DNA of 64,000 nt from a virus. Below are positions 37,377 through 49,300 of the stretch, piece by piece. The translations under genes were made by a program, and so were the position numbers. A model generated the notes under the pieces. It was not told where the DNA came from and searched no databases. It worked only from the letters and a program-made list of their open reading frames with translations. Numbering within the stretch: the first letter of the stretch is position 1; the number at the start of each line of letters is the position of its first letter. The DNA is taken from the IMG/VR virus record IMGVR_UViG_3300034418_006779, positions 1 to 64,000 of that record, one strand, 5' to 3'.

Positions 37377-40300
37377 TGGAAAATCAATCGACAACAAAAC
37401 AGAGTGCTAAGCGTCCTTATAATCTGAACACAGATTTAGCTAGTTGGGCGCAAGACGAGACAATGGCTACCATGATTATTAATGGGGTTATTAACCCTGA
37501 TCAAGAGCGTGGTTATGGATTGTCTAATGAGCCAGGTACTCAAACATGTTATGCGCTAACTAGCGGGTATGAACCATGTGGTCATATCAATGTTGACGAT
37601 GGAGGGGTTGTAGTATTCTCAACTAATGGTACTAATTCAGAGATTGGCATAGCTAGAGATTGCAACTATACTGCGCTAGTTAATAACACATGCATGGGGT
37701 TTGATACAGCTTACCCCATCAAAGGAACGTTTCGCATGCGTAATGGATGCGAGAAAAACATCTACTTTGTGGATGGAAATAATGTAGATAGACACATTAA
37801 CCTGGATAGACTTGATGATTATCAGAGTTCTCCGGGGGTATGGGATTGTGATACAATGACATTATCAGCTACCTTTAGCGTAGCTAGTGTAATTGATATA
37901 GAGGTTCAGGATTCAGGAGGATCCTTACCCATCGGTACCCTCAGAGTATCTTTTAGATATAAAGATAGTTCAGGCAATACTACTCCTGTATTTCTTATAA
38001 CTAACCCTATTATAATTTATGATGAAGGGTCTAATACTGATTATAATAATATAACGGGGGGCTATGATCAAGCATCTGGAATAACAGATTTTGTCACTAG
38101 TAATAAGTCGGTAATATTAACTTTGCAAGACTTGGATACTAGCTATGATACTCTTGAAGTACTGGCCACTCATTATATTACCGGAGACGGAGTTACCACT
38201 GCAAGTTATATTGTAGGAGAGCAAAGCATTAATGGAACTGATTGGACATACACATATTCTGGACTTGGGGTAGGAGCGATAAGTATTGACACAGCTGAGA
38301 TACAAATAGATCCAGTAGTATATCCTACATCTAAAGCTATTACTCAATTCGATAATAGGCTACTTAGAGCGAATGTATGTTCTCATGATATAGATTGGAA
38401 AGAGTTTCAAAAAGAAGCTAATGATATTGCAGTACTATATGCTGCTGCAGAAGAGAACGCATATGATGTATCAAATGATAGAAATGCTAAGAATCCAGTA
38501 ACTCCTCGTGGATTTATGGCTGATGAGATATATGCACTAGGGATTAGATGGATTCTTAATGATGGAACTTTTGGACCAGTGCTTCATATTCCAGGTAGAG
38601 AAGCTGATTCAGATGCCCGTATTAATATTACTACAGGTAACTCGTTTACCCATATTAGAAATCAAGTACCTGGAGGTGGTGATTGGGATACTCAAGATCT
38701 TGATGTAGTAGCAAGTATTACAGATGCAACCACTCAAGTACTTGAAGAAGATGTACATCATTTAGGATTTAGTGCTGGACAAGATCTTCCTAGATGGAAA
38801 GTATATAATACTGCACAACCGCTTGCACCTGGAAACCCGTTGTCTGGCATAATGGGATATCATGAATCCGCAACAACGTATCCTGATACGAGAGATTGCA
38901 ATGATGTACCTATATATCCTCATGATGATTTGGGAGGAGGTAGTTATGCAATGCATAACATTAGACATCACAGAATGCCTGATTCAAATCTAGTACATCC
39001 ATTTAATGGAGAAGATTTGAGATACTTTAGTATTGCTTTATCTAATATTTCTGTTCCAGCAGCTTATTCAGATGAGGTTCAAGGATATCAAATACTTGTT
39101 GGCAAATCAGAAAGAACTGTGTTGGCAAAAGGCATCTACACCTACGCGTTGGAAGCAGAAGTGCTTTCTACACCCCAAGATGTTTATTATCAACCAATGC
39201 CTTTCTACCAACAAGGTACAAGTGATTACAGACATAATTCTGAAACATCTGCGGACACTTCCATTAAGGCATTAGACTTTGGTTGCTTCGTAGGTCCTGA
39301 GTTTCTTTATGCTAATGAGTTTCCAAATGGAGCCTATGTAAAATTTGAAGGCACCGTGCAAGGGGACACGACCGTTGTTAGAGAATATGACAATGGTTCA
39401 GGAACTCCTCCAAATAGAACTGACATTGGATGGAAATCTGAATGGGATACATTTGCTAATCCATCGTGTGCGAATAGAACCATCGATAATTCTATAGCGC
39501 TTGGGTATGATAGAGTATTCGAGGGCTTTAGTCAATCAGGAGAAATTATTGATAATAGGGGACAGCAACAAGAAATTATCTTTTTTAAATTAGTAGACGA
39601 TGTCATAGATTATGCGTCTTCGGATACTGTTGCTTTTGGAGCAACCGGAAGTACCGCTGTCAATTATTATTGGTATGCAAGTATTAAAAACACGAATGAT
39701 GTATATTCTGATTTAGATGCAATTGTCTATGAAGCAGCAGATGATCAGTTTAATGATGCTGCCTTTGGTGCAACCGTGATTCAAAAAGGAGATACTATTA
39801 TTGCACCCTTTGTGCATAAGAAAACAGTAAACTCAGCAGGGGCATATGATGATCTTGTAGGAGGTTCGGACTTTCGAGAAGAGTATTCCGCATCATTTAC
39901 AGTAATGCCATGTGAGTCACGTATTAATTTTGCATTAGCTCATGAAGCATCAGATGTATTTGTTCTTAATAAAAACATTGATGAAGTAAAATTTCTTGAA
40001 GCTGTTATTGAAGATCGTGATGAAGATGGATTTGATGAATCCAACTTTGATGAGCACACTACTTTGTACAATCCAGATATGCATATAACGGAGCAGCTTA
40101 AACCTGCATTCCCTTCATATGTTACAGATTGTTCTGGATGCTCAAATTGCTTTCCTAATATGATAGTATATTCAGGAGTTGCATCTCAAGAAAATGTAGA
40201 CGCTTATAAGATAACTCTTGCTAATAACTTTACTCAAACTGAAGGAACTAGTGGTGAGATTACTGAAATGTTTTCCGCAGGAAGATCTTTGCTTCTTAGA

Positions 40301-41584
40301 ACAGAAGGATCATTATTCGAACAGACACCGAGTGCTGCCTCACTTAAAGGAAGTGGTGTCGATGTGTATTTAGGTACGGCTAGCTTCTTCTCATTACCGG
40401 CTAAAGAGATTATTAAAACAGCCTATGGGTATGGAGGATCTCAAGATAGATTTGATTTAATAGAAACCCAATTCGGTATATTTTATGTAGATAGAAATCA
40501 AGGTAAGGCATATCAATTTATTAATGGACAACTAGATCCCATATCTGATAGAGGAATGAGCAAGTTCTTCAAGAAGTACCTACCTTCTGATTTAATCAGA
40601 GAACTAAGGGCTCAAGGAATTGACTACAGTCTCAGAGATGCTATATGTGATGATAATGGACTAGGAGTCCAAACAGCATACGATCCTTTTCACGAAAGAA
40701 TAATCTTTAACGTTAAGGATTACTACCCAACCTTTAACTGGACCATCTATGATGACCAGGTATCATATAACGAAGGAGATCATGTTTTTGACACTTCAGA
40801 TAATAAATTCTATTTCTTCGATCAGTCCGTTATTAAGACTGGTATGCTCTTTACTCAGAAAGACAAGTTCGAGAACCGTAGTTTCACTATATCATATGAT
40901 CCTAAGGAAAAGAAATGGGTAAGTTTCCATTCTTATAATCCTCAGTGGATGTATAACAATGATGAGAAGTTGTTCTCATTCTTAGATAATCAAAACTATG
41001 AGCACTTGCATAGGAATAGGTACACTAATTTCTATGGTACACGCTATCCGTTTGTTGTAGAGACAACACATTATAGCCCGCAGAGTTCTACTCTTGAAGC
41101 TATTAACTGGCACACAAAAGTAGATGAGTATGACACAAGTAGAGAAAGGTTTAAGGCAGTAGACGACGTTACATTCGATAACTTTATTGCATATACACAT
41201 GAACAGTCTTCTGGCTCAACTACTATAAATGTTAAAGGACGAGACGATGCTTATATGACTTACGCTATAGATGAAAGTATGGCAGAGAAAGTAGATCAGA
41301 ACTGGAGAATGGGTAGAATTAGAGATAGAGTTATAGACCACACACTTCCTCTGTTCACTAGTTCGTGGACTGATACTGAATATTACAACCAGTACAATAG
41401 TAGCGGGCAAGGGTACAGGGATAAGATGCCATACAGTTCTGCATATTCTACATCAATATCTCAATATGATTTAGCAATGCTAAGAGACAAAGACCACTTT
41501 GTACGACTTTCGTTTAATCCTGAGAATGATTATCGAATCACCATAGATTATATCAACACAAAGAAAAAACATTCGTTCCGATGA
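37376..41584 (+). CDS. tail stabilization/muzzle protein (P22 gp10-like)
   Basis: 1402 aa; LNTD, NEPG, IYFVDGNNVDRHINL, DNRLLRAN, GFMADEIYALGI, SFTISYDP...WVSFHSY. Confidence 0.85.
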   Translation: MENQSTTKQSAKRPYNLNTDLASWAQDETMATMIINGVINPDQERGYGLSNEPGTQTCYALTSGYEPCGHINVDDGGVVVFSTNGTNSEIGIARDCNYTALVNNTCMGFDTAYPIKGTFRMRNGCEKNIYFVDGNNVDRHINLDRLDDYQSSPGVWDCDTMTLSATFSVASVIDIEVQDSGGSLPIGTLRVSFRYKDSSGNTTPVFLITNPIIIYDEGSNTDYNNITGGYDQASGITDFVTSNKSVILTLQDLDTSYDTLEVLATHYITGDGVTTASYIVGEQSINGTDWTYTYSGLGVGAISIDTAEIQIDPVVYPTSKAITQFDNRLLRANVCSHDIDWKEFQKEANDIAVLYAAAEENAYDVSNDRNAKNPVTPRGFMADEIYALGIRWILNDGTFGPVLHIPGREADSDARINITTGNSFTHIRNQVPGGGDWDTQDLDVVASITDATTQVLEEDVHHLGFSAGQDLPRWKVYNTAQPLAPGNPLSGIMGYHESATTYPDTRDCNDVPIYPHDDLGGGSYAMHNIRHHRMPDSNLVHPFNGEDLRYFSIALSNISVPAAYSDEVQGYQILVGKSERTVLAKGIYTYALEAEVLSTPQDVYYQPMPFYQQGTSDYRHNSETSADTSIKALDFGCFVGPEFLYANEFPNGAYVKFEGTVQGDTTVVREYDNGSGTPPNRTDIGWKSEWDTFANPSCANRTIDNSIALGYDRVFEGFSQSGEIIDNRGQQQEIIFFKLVDDVIDYASSDTVAFGATGSTAVNYYWYASIKNTNDVYSDLDAIVYEAADDQFNDAAFGATVIQKGDTIIAPFVHKKTVNSAGAYDDLVGGSDFREEYSASFTVMPCESRINFALAHEASDVFVLNKNIDEVKFLEAVIEDRDEDGFDESNFDEHTTLYNPDMHITEQLKPAFPSYVTDCSGCSNCFPNMIVYSGVASQENVDAYKITLANNFTQTEGTSGEITEMFSAGRSLLLRTEGSLFEQTPSAASLKGSGVDVYLGTASFFSLPAKEIIKTAYGYGGSQDRFDLIETQFGIFYVDRNQGKAYQFINGQLDPISDRGMSKFFKKYLPSDLIRELRAQGIDYSLRDAICDDNGLGVQTAYDPFHERIIFNVKDYYPTFNWTIYDDQVSYNEGDHVFDTSDNKFYFFDQSVIKTGMLFTQKDKFENRSFTISYDPKEKKWVSFHSYNPQWMYNNDEKLFSFLDNQNYEHLHRNRYTNFYGTRYPFVVETTHYSPQSSTLEAINWHTKVDEYDTSRERFKAVDDVTFDNFIAYTHEQSSGSTTINVKGRDDAYMTYAIDESMAEKVDQNWRMGRIRDRVIDHTLPLFTSSWTDTEYYNQYNSSGQGYRDKMPYSSAYSTSISQYDLAMLRDKDHFVRLSFNPENDYRITIDYINTKKKHSFR

Positions 41585-42345
41585 GCAGTGAAATAATGTC
41601 AAAAATACTTCCATTTGCTAGCACTGCTGCAGGATTTATACCCGGTGTAGGACCTCTAATGTCCGCCGGGCTTTCTGTCTTTGGCAACATGGCAATGGAA
41701 GAGAATCAAAGAAAACAAGAATGGCAGGCCAATCAGATTATGAACAGGCAACAACGTAAGGTTAATTACACCGAACAGCTAGATAATGTGTTCAGATCTG
41801 GAGGGCAGATGAAAGGATTTCAGAATCCTCCTAAATATAGAACAGCAGATGTTCTTCGTATAGCACCAAGAACTGGAAATAGACCAAACAAAGATGGCTC
41901 TAATTCTACACATCTCATGTCATACGCAGAGATGAATGGAAAATTTGTAGCATACCCAACACTGTTTCAAAACAAGAAAGGCGAATGGTATGAATTAAGT
42001 GATGATAATGACTGGGCTGCAATGAAAGAAGCAGAGAAAAGAGGAGAACTGTTTGAGTTTAATGATGAACGCTCCGCTGAGAGTTTTGCAGGAGGCAGTT
42101 GGAAAGCAGATTCTCTAAAAAAGAAAGAATACCAGAGCGGTGGTAAAATGACCTCTACTTATAATCAAGGAGGAATGCTATTTAAACAATACGATTTTAA
42201 ATCTCATGCAAAAGGAGGTGGTAAAATTGATATGAATGGTAATCCCAACCCATGGGGTAGAGCTGAACTAGAGAAACAAGAAAATGCTTTTAAGTTACCA
42301 GACGGTAATTGGTATATATTTAGCGACCACTTAAAATTTAAATAA
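41581..42345 (+). CDS. internal (cargo/ejection) protein, N-terminal part
   Basis: Gly-rich hydrophobic N-terminus, repeated [FY]xxGG motifs, H..GG...AELE..E...YIFSD.L. Confidence 0.65.
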   Translation: MSSEIMSKILPFASTAAGFIPGVGPLMSAGLSVFGNMAMEENQRKQEWQANQIMNRQQRKVNYTEQLDNVFRSGGQMKGFQNPPKYRTADVLRIAPRTGNRPNKDGSNSTHLMSYAEMNGKFVAYPTLFQNKKGEWYELSDDNDWAAMKEAEKRGELFEFNDERSAESFAGGSWKADSLKKKEYQSGGKMTSTYNQGGMLFKQYDFKSHAKGGGKIDMNGNPNPWGRAELEKQENAFKLPDGNWYIFSDHLKFK

Positions 42346-43325
42346 TGTATAAACAATCAAACTATAAAGGTTTAACGTTCGCTGAAGTTGCCTCAAAGAT
42401 TAATAACAAGTATCGTAATAGAGCAGATTCTATTACTCAAGATACAATGAAAATTGAGTTTAGTAACTTAGCAAACAAAAACGACGTGACTCGTCAAGCC
42501 TCTCCTGAATTTAAGCAGGGAGGTGAGATGTACCGTAACGGAGGAGAGAAAGGGCTTCCTCCTGGTTGGGCAAAGACTGTTCAGCCTGGATTTATCAGCG
42601 AAGACACATGGAATAGTTATGAGCAAGCAGGACTTGACGCTATGAGTAATATAACTCCTCAGACAATCTCTACTGGAGGTGCCGCAGATAAAAAAAGATT
42701 TAGTCTACCTAAATTTGACTTTAATCTTAAAAGCAATTTTAGTCAAGGAGATCAAATGAATCTCTTAGCAGGAGCACTCAAGTCTGCATACTATACAAGT
42801 CAAGCTAACAGACCTGTAGCAGCTCCTAGATTTAACACAGGCTTTGACGAAGCTAAGAGTCAGATCAATCAGATGAGACTATCTACTCAAGCAGAACAAA
42901 ACCAAAGGGTTAGAAATAGGAATGCTTACATAAGAGGTGTTGAGCAGAACGCTCCTAACGCTGCTACTAGGCTTTCTAATCTTCAGGGTATTTACGCTCA
43001 AGATGACATGAATACTTCGATGATTAGTCAAAAGCAGCAACAGCTTCAGAATCAAGTTAGAGAGCGACTTGGTCAATTGGCAATTAGTCAAGGACAAGAT
43101 CGTCAGCAACAACTTGCTTATAGAGATGCTGCCATAGCCGAGAGAGACAAGTTCAAACATACAGGAGCTAACCTGGGAATTGACCAGCTAGCCAAAACAG
43201 GGAACACAATGAACCATTACCGAAACTTACAAGAGACCCTTCAAATGATAAAGGACCTACCCTCTGATTTTGATTATGGCACGTTGTTTAACCTAGGAAT
43301 TAGATTTGCAAATCCAAATGGCTAA
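42345..43325 (+). CDS. internal (cargo/ejection) protein, C-terminal part
   Basis: TFAEVASKINNKY; [FY]xxGG motifs; Gln/Ala-rich coiled coil. Confidence 0.65.
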   Translation: MYKQSNYKGLTFAEVASKINNKYRNRADSITQDTMKIEFSNLANKNDVTRQASPEFKQGGEMYRNGGEKGLPPGWAKTVQPGFISEDTWNSYEQAGLDAMSNITPQTISTGGAADKKRFSLPKFDFNLKSNFSQGDQMNLLAGALKSAYYTSQANRPVAAPRFNTGFDEAKSQINQMRLSTQAEQNQRVRNRNAYIRGVEQNAPNAATRLSNLQGIYAQDDMNTSMISQKQQQLQNQVRERLGQLAISQGQDRQQQLAYRDAAIAERDKFKHTGANLGIDQLAKTGNTMNHYRNLQETLQMIKDLPSDFDYGTLFNLGIRFANPNG

Positions 43326-46300
43326 TATTACACCGGGGTCCTTTGTGGCCCCTACTCAAGTAGAACATAGACTGTATCAGCCTAATTTTGAAATGATGCT
43401 GAAGTCTATCCAAGCTAACCAGAAGTTCTATGATGCTAGTATGGCAAAGGTGAACGAGGTAGTAGATGTATTACCTGGGGATGTTACTGAACGAGATGTG
43501 ATAGCTAAAGGATTTAGTGATAGAAGCGAACAAGTAACCGATGCTTATATGCAAGATGTAGGTAGAGGATCTACTAACATGAGACAACTCATTAGAGACA
43601 TTGAGAAGCAAAATAGACCTGGTGGAAAATATTTTGAATGGAAGAAGAAATATCAAATGTGGTCTGAGCACCAAAAGACTCAGAAAAAGAGATTAGACGA
43701 AGGAAAGATTAGACAATCTCAGTATTGGGATAGTGTAATGAAGCCTATTCAAGGGTACAAGACCTTTGGTGAAGATGGATCTATTAATCCATTGAACCTA
43801 ATGGGAAGCGCTGACGCTACTGACTTTCATAAAATGGCTATGGATTTAGTCAAGGAAAAGGAAGCTCAGCTTACAGAGACTTGGGGGAAACCTCAACGTA
43901 TTGGGGGCAATATTGTATGGGCACATGATACTGTTAATGAAATTAGATATGATGATCTCATGCAAGAGGTTAGTGCTGCGTTAATGGCTAAGGGAGTAGA
44001 AACAGGAGAGTTAGGGAGCGAGTTTGATTTTCAGTTCCGAAATGATGCAATGAAACAAGGCTTGGCTGCTACATATAGAAATCGTTATAATAGTCGTAGT
44101 GCAGAATTGCTCGAGCAACTTGCTCAAATAGATGCAGGACAAATACCTGACAGGTACGCTCAACAATTAGCAGGATTAACTCCAGGAAGCAAGGCTTACA
44201 CAAAAGCTCTCACAGACTTAAGAACCAGTATAAGCAGGCAGCAGCAGCAGGCACAGGCCATCGTCACCGATTTCGATACCAAAGACCCAGACGATAAAGC
44301 TGGGCTAGCGCAGTCAATGTGGACTTCCGATTACATTAGAAACATTGCTGATCCTTATGTAGGAATTAAAGTTAAGCGTGATGTTACTAGAGATTACAAG
44401 ATCTTTAAGGACCATGAATATAGCTGGCAACAAAAAAGAGCTTACTACAAGTGGCAAAAAGAGCAAGATATTCAATCTGCTATTGAAGCAACTCGCGAGA
44501 TGGGTAGAACAGTTAGAAATACTATGATTGATACCACAGCTGCTATGTATGGATTCAGCGGTAAGAATGCTAGAACAGATGTTGATCCTTATCATTCTGT
44601 ATTAGTAAGAGACAAGACTATTCTTGGCGCGTGGCAAAAACATAGAGCAAAATTTGCGGCTGATACTCAAAGTAGAGATGCTGCAGAAAAAGCAGTTATG
44701 GCATTCTTGAAAGATAATCCTAACTTGATTATTAATGGAATGACTGGAGAGAACTATAGAAAGCTCATACAAAGTGAAGCCGGTTACCAACAGATGGGCG
44801 ATCGCAAGAAATTATTCATGCAGAGAGTCGCTCCTGTTTTGGACTTATTTGTAAACAAACAACAAGAGAATTTTATATACAGAGAGTACCAAAACCCGGA
44901 CACTCAGAGAAGCGAAACTCAACTAGTTGTTGGAAAATTTGATGGTACTGGAGGCTGGGAAAGAGGTAACATGTCACAGAGACCTCTCAAAGTACATGAT
45001 CCTGAAACAGGAAAATGGGTTGATATACCTACAACGGATGCACTGGTAGAAAACTACACTCAAACTATTAAAACTGCTTCAGGTAAGAAGAAAAGTGGAT
45101 TTATAAGTGGGAGAGTATTAGGAACAGTTGGTCCTATTAACGCAGCTGGATTACCCACAGGAGATTTTATTAGTTTAACTAGGTCTGACGGAACTGAGAT
45201 CATCGTACTTGCTCAAGATAAAACAAGAGAGCAGAGCCGAGAACTTCAAATTATTAGTGACTTAGCAGAAGCTCAATATAGTCTACGTGCCGTAGAGAAG
45301 GATTGGACGATTATTGAAAAAGATAAGAACGGAGATCCGGTGGAAAGAAGATACACAATGCTCGCAAGACCCATTGTTTCTGTAGACGATAGCGGTTTAA
45401 GTACTGAGACAACTCAAAGTATGACATATGTCAATGTAGAGATTTATGATGAAGACGGAAATTTTGTATCATCTAGATCATTAGATGATATGGCTAGAGA
45501 GATTGAAAACACATCTCCTTATGCTAGAACTGAGAAATTGAACGAAGCATTTACATATCAACGTCAAGGTGATGGTAGAATGGGAGAGCAAAAATATGGA
45601 ATAAACACTACTCCTCAGTATGAATATTATGATCGAGCATTCATAGAAAGTAGAAGGAGGGCTAATCCAAGATTATTTAAGCCAGAAGAAAGACCTAAAG
45701 ATAATTTAGGCGATATCTGGATGACTCCTGATCAGAGATATATGGCTAATCGGATGAACCAATCAAGACCCTCATCGACTCCTAGACCTATTAAACCTAT
45801 CAAGCACGTTGATGCAGGTAAAGACATGACTATAATGCCTATATCCAGTTTAGATGGAGATAGTTTCACAGGAAAAGATATTTTAGATGTAAGTTCTGGT
45901 GATATAGTGTTTACAATTATTAAACCAGATCAATTTGATAATAAATGGACTGCACTATATAATGACTCTGCAGGTAGGTTACAAAGGATAGAAGCGAACG
46001 AGCTCTCAGATATACAAATAAAAATAAGAGGTTTATCGAATAATAAATCTAATAGTATTCCAAGAACTTCCAATGCTCTCGATACATTAGGTACTTCTAG
46101 TACTAGTAATACTTCTAGTTCTAGCAGCAGTTCTGGTAGAACTAAAGGCAAAAACGATTATAAAACAATATCTAAAGATGATATTGTTGATAATAAAATT
46201 AAGACGACAATTAACGGTGACGATTTAATAATTCATGCACCAGTTGGTGGCGCTTCCAGTGAGCATCCTTATTGGACATATGTATGGATTAATGATACTC

Positions 46301-46362
46301 CTCATTATGTACAAGGTGTTACTCTTGCTGAATTAAAACTACAAATAGAAAAAATAAAATAA
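43318..46362 (+). CDS. large internal (cargo) protein
   Basis: About 1014 aa between cargo 1 and the RNAP gene; ATG at 43318 preferred over TTG at 43306. Confidence 0.7.
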   Translation: MANITPGSFVAPTQVEHRLYQPNFEMMLKSIQANQKFYDASMAKVNEVVDVLPGDVTERDVIAKGFSDRSEQVTDAYMQDVGRGSTNMRQLIRDIEKQNRPGGKYFEWKKKYQMWSEHQKTQKKRLDEGKIRQSQYWDSVMKPIQGYKTFGEDGSINPLNLMGSADATDFHKMAMDLVKEKEAQLTETWGKPQRIGGNIVWAHDTVNEIRYDDLMQEVSAALMAKGVETGELGSEFDFQFRNDAMKQGLAATYRNRYNSRSAELLEQLAQIDAGQIPDRYAQQLAGLTPGSKAYTKALTDLRTSISRQQQQAQAIVTDFDTKDPDDKAGLAQSMWTSDYIRNIADPYVGIKVKRDVTRDYKIFKDHEYSWQQKRAYYKWQKEQDIQSAIEATREMGRTVRNTMIDTTAAMYGFSGKNARTDVDPYHSVLVRDKTILGAWQKHRAKFAADTQSRDAAEKAVMAFLKDNPNLIINGMTGENYRKLIQSEAGYQQMGDRKKLFMQRVAPVLDLFVNKQQENFIYREYQNPDTQRSETQLVVGKFDGTGGWERGNMSQRPLKVHDPETGKWVDIPTTDALVENYTQTIKTASGKKKSGFISGRVLGTVGPINAAGLPTGDFISLTRSDGTEIIVLAQDKTREQSRELQIISDLAEAQYSLRAVEKDWTIIEKDKNGDPVERRYTMLARPIVSVDDSGLSTETTQSMTYVNVEIYDEDGNFVSSRSLDDMAREIENTSPYARTEKLNEAFTYQRQGDGRMGEQKYGINTTPQYEYYDRAFIESRRRANPRLFKPEERPKDNLGDIWMTPDQRYMANRMNQSRPSSTPRPIKPIKHVDAGKDMTIMPISSLDGDSFTGKDILDVSSGDIVFTIIKPDQFDNKWTALYNDSAGRLQRIEANELSDIQIKIRGLSNNKSNSIPRTSNALDTLGTSSTSNTSSSSSSSGRTKGKNDYKTISKDDIVDNKIKTTINGDDLIIHAPVGGASSEHPYWTYVWINDTPHYVQGVTLAELKLQIEKIK

Positions 46363-46369
46363 AATTATA

Positions 46370-49300
46370 ATGGCTGAAACAACTCAAAATACAAACCCAG
46401 TATTTGATAAAATATTACAGCAAAATAGAGCGCAGGCACTCCACGGAGCGTCTGCGTCTAAAGGTTTAGGAACAACTCTAGTAGACGGTCCAATCTACAC
46501 AGGATACGACGATCCTAGAATGAGCCTACTCACCCAATCGGGGTGGGAACAAGCACGGAGAGCAATCGGAGGTGGACTAACCTTGGGTGCTTTAGGTGCT
46601 ATGAAGAACACATATCAATTCGCACATGATATTGGTAACTTCTTCGAAACAATGTTTAGTTCTGATAAATCTATGTCAGATTTATTGGATATGGAACAAT
46701 ACTCTCAATCAACGATCGCAAAGAACTTAGGAGAGATCATTGATGAGAAGAGAGAAGCATTTGCAATCCATAAAGCAGATCCCAATGATGTGTTTGATTG
46801 GGATGATTCAGGATTTTATTGGCAGTCAGTTCAAGGAATCCTAGACTCAGCGGTACAGTTTGCTCTTCCTGGTGCAGGGGCAGTAAAGGCTGTAGGGGCT
46901 ATTCAAAAAATACCTAGACTATTTAGCTACTTCAAGAAAACAGAGAAGTTAGGACAAATGCTTACAGCAAGTAAGAGTGGACAACAGATCGCCAACTCTG
47001 TTGGTTCAGGTCTTTTAAGTAACCATATAGAAGGTACTTCTATGGCTTCAGAGATCTACAACAATACCATGAAGAACTTTGAGAAAGATATTCAGAAGTA
47101 TAGAGATAGTGAGGGTAGAGAAGGAATTTCTTTAGAAGAAGCTAAAAGGAGATCAGCATTCTCTGCTAACTCATTTAGAGAATGGAATAGACTCATGTTC
47201 TTTACTGACGCAGTTCAGTTACATGGTCTATTTAAAGGAAAAGGTTTCACACGAAATTTATTAGATGCCAAAGGATTTAAAGAAAGTGTAGGTAACTTAA
47301 CTAAGTTCAATACTAAAAACCCAATTTATGGTTTCCTTAAGCAAGGAGTAACAGAGGCCGGGGAAGAGATTGTACAAGGAATTAGTCAGCGTCTTCATGA
47401 AGATATGGCTAAAGGAGTAGACACCCCTATTGGGGAAAGACTCCTAGATTATGTCACTGATTCAGAGTTACTATATGAAGGATTCTTAGGATTTTTTGGC
47501 GGCGGCCCTCAAAAAATAGCCACCCAGTTTGCACAAGAAGGAGATGCAGTTCTTACTGGTAAGTTTTTCACTAAAAAGTACTGGAATGATAAGAATGCCA
47601 TGTACAACCAACAGCAGGAAATAATCAAGGAAACTAATGATTATTTTAAAAGCGAGTTAGGAAGACAAATGGTAGGACATAATATTGCTGCCGATGCTGT
47701 TATTGCGGGCCGTCCTGAGTTAGGGGAGATTGCCACTAATCGTGAGTTCTCTCGACTAGCTACAATGCATTTTGAAGCTGGTACAACCGAGGTGTTCGAA
47801 CAACACCTAGATGACATTGCTAACAACGCAGAGTACCGAAAGGAGAATAAATATAGTGACGATGATGCGGCTAATGCCAAAGAGTTACTGAAAGAGTTAG
47901 ATCGTTTAGAGCAGCAATGGATGAAGACATCCCGATATGCTGTTGACGACAAACATCAAGTAAGACTCTTCGAGACAAACAATATCATCAATAGCCTAGA
48001 GAAGCTGGTTGGATCCCAGCAAGAACATATAGATAAGCTAACGCAGAATCTTAATGAAACTATTATAGACGATGCTGTTGAAGCAGCCAATCTAAAAATT
48101 AGTAATGAGAAGAAGGACGCACTTCGTAAAATCTTATCTATAGATGAGCAAGGCAAGCTTAGAGCTCCAGTAGATGAGCTGGCTGAAGCTGATTTACATC
48201 CTGCTCATGCTAAAGCTGTAGCTGAGGTATTCGATACTCAATCTCAAGTAACAGATTTAAAAGACCAGCAAGCTATTCTTGATGAAATGAATAGTAAGTT
48301 GAGAGACGCCAAAAAAGATAGGGCTAACTATAACTCTTTTGGATATCGTAAATCTTATATTGAACATAAGAAGAGGCAGGAAAAAAGGCTGAAGGATAAG
48401 ATTAAAAGAGAGGAAGCTGCTGAAAGAAAACAACGACGTGCAGATAAAAAACTAAAGAGAGCTGAGACAAGTAAAAAGCTTAAAGGAAAAGCTAAGCAGC
48501 TTGCTAAGAAAGGAGAACTTAAGAAAGAAGCTAAGAAGATAATGGATAAGGCTGCTACTAAAGCTAAGCTAGCTCCTGAAAATAAAAAGTCAGAACCGTT
48601 ACAGACTGTTGATCCTGCAACTAAACAACCAGTCACACCAACTCAACCTACTCCTAATGAATATATAGGAAAAGAGAGAGGAACGCTGCTGGCAGAGAGA
48701 AGTAAGAAAGAAGCTGTACTGAGTAGTAGCAAACCTGAAGAAATAATGCCTGTACTAGACGTACTAGCAGAGATAGGAGATGCGCTTGAGGAGCTCAGAG
48801 CTCAGCCATTTCAGCATAGTGGTAAATATGAATTTGCCCCACCAGCACATATCAAAGATGCTCTGGATGAGATGATCAATAGATCTAAGAGAATTATTCT
48901 CAATGAAGATACTAATGAGTATGAGCTGAAAGATGAGAACGGGAAGGTTGTCAGAACTTACAAAAGAGTAAGTAATGTTAGCAATCCTGACTATGATGAT
49001 TCTAATAAGTATGCTCATCATGCTACTCAGATTGGTTCAGCACTAGACTTGATTGCTAGAGATTTCTTTTCAGGCAATCTCAAGGCTTGGGACACATACT
49101 TAGTTGCAGACAAATTCGATAAGACTAAGAGTTATCCAGTGTTTAAAGGCAAGAAAGAGTTTGAACACTATCTTCATCAACTGGAAGATCTGAAGCTTGT
49201 TCTTAAAAGTAAAGGGCAAGTCATTATTGATCCAGGAATTGTAGATGGGAAAACATCTGAGTTTAAATTAGCTGATGATGAGAATGGAGTAGCTGGAACT

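Noticed and set aside
42331-42347. Frameshift joining the two cargo ORFs
   Set aside because: No phased slippery heptamer, and the second frame has a TAA at 42339-42341.
8778-45000. Numerous 60-170 aa minus-strand and off-frame ORFs inside structural genes
   Set aside because: They are nested in well-supported long genes and have no motifs; expected codon-bias shadows.
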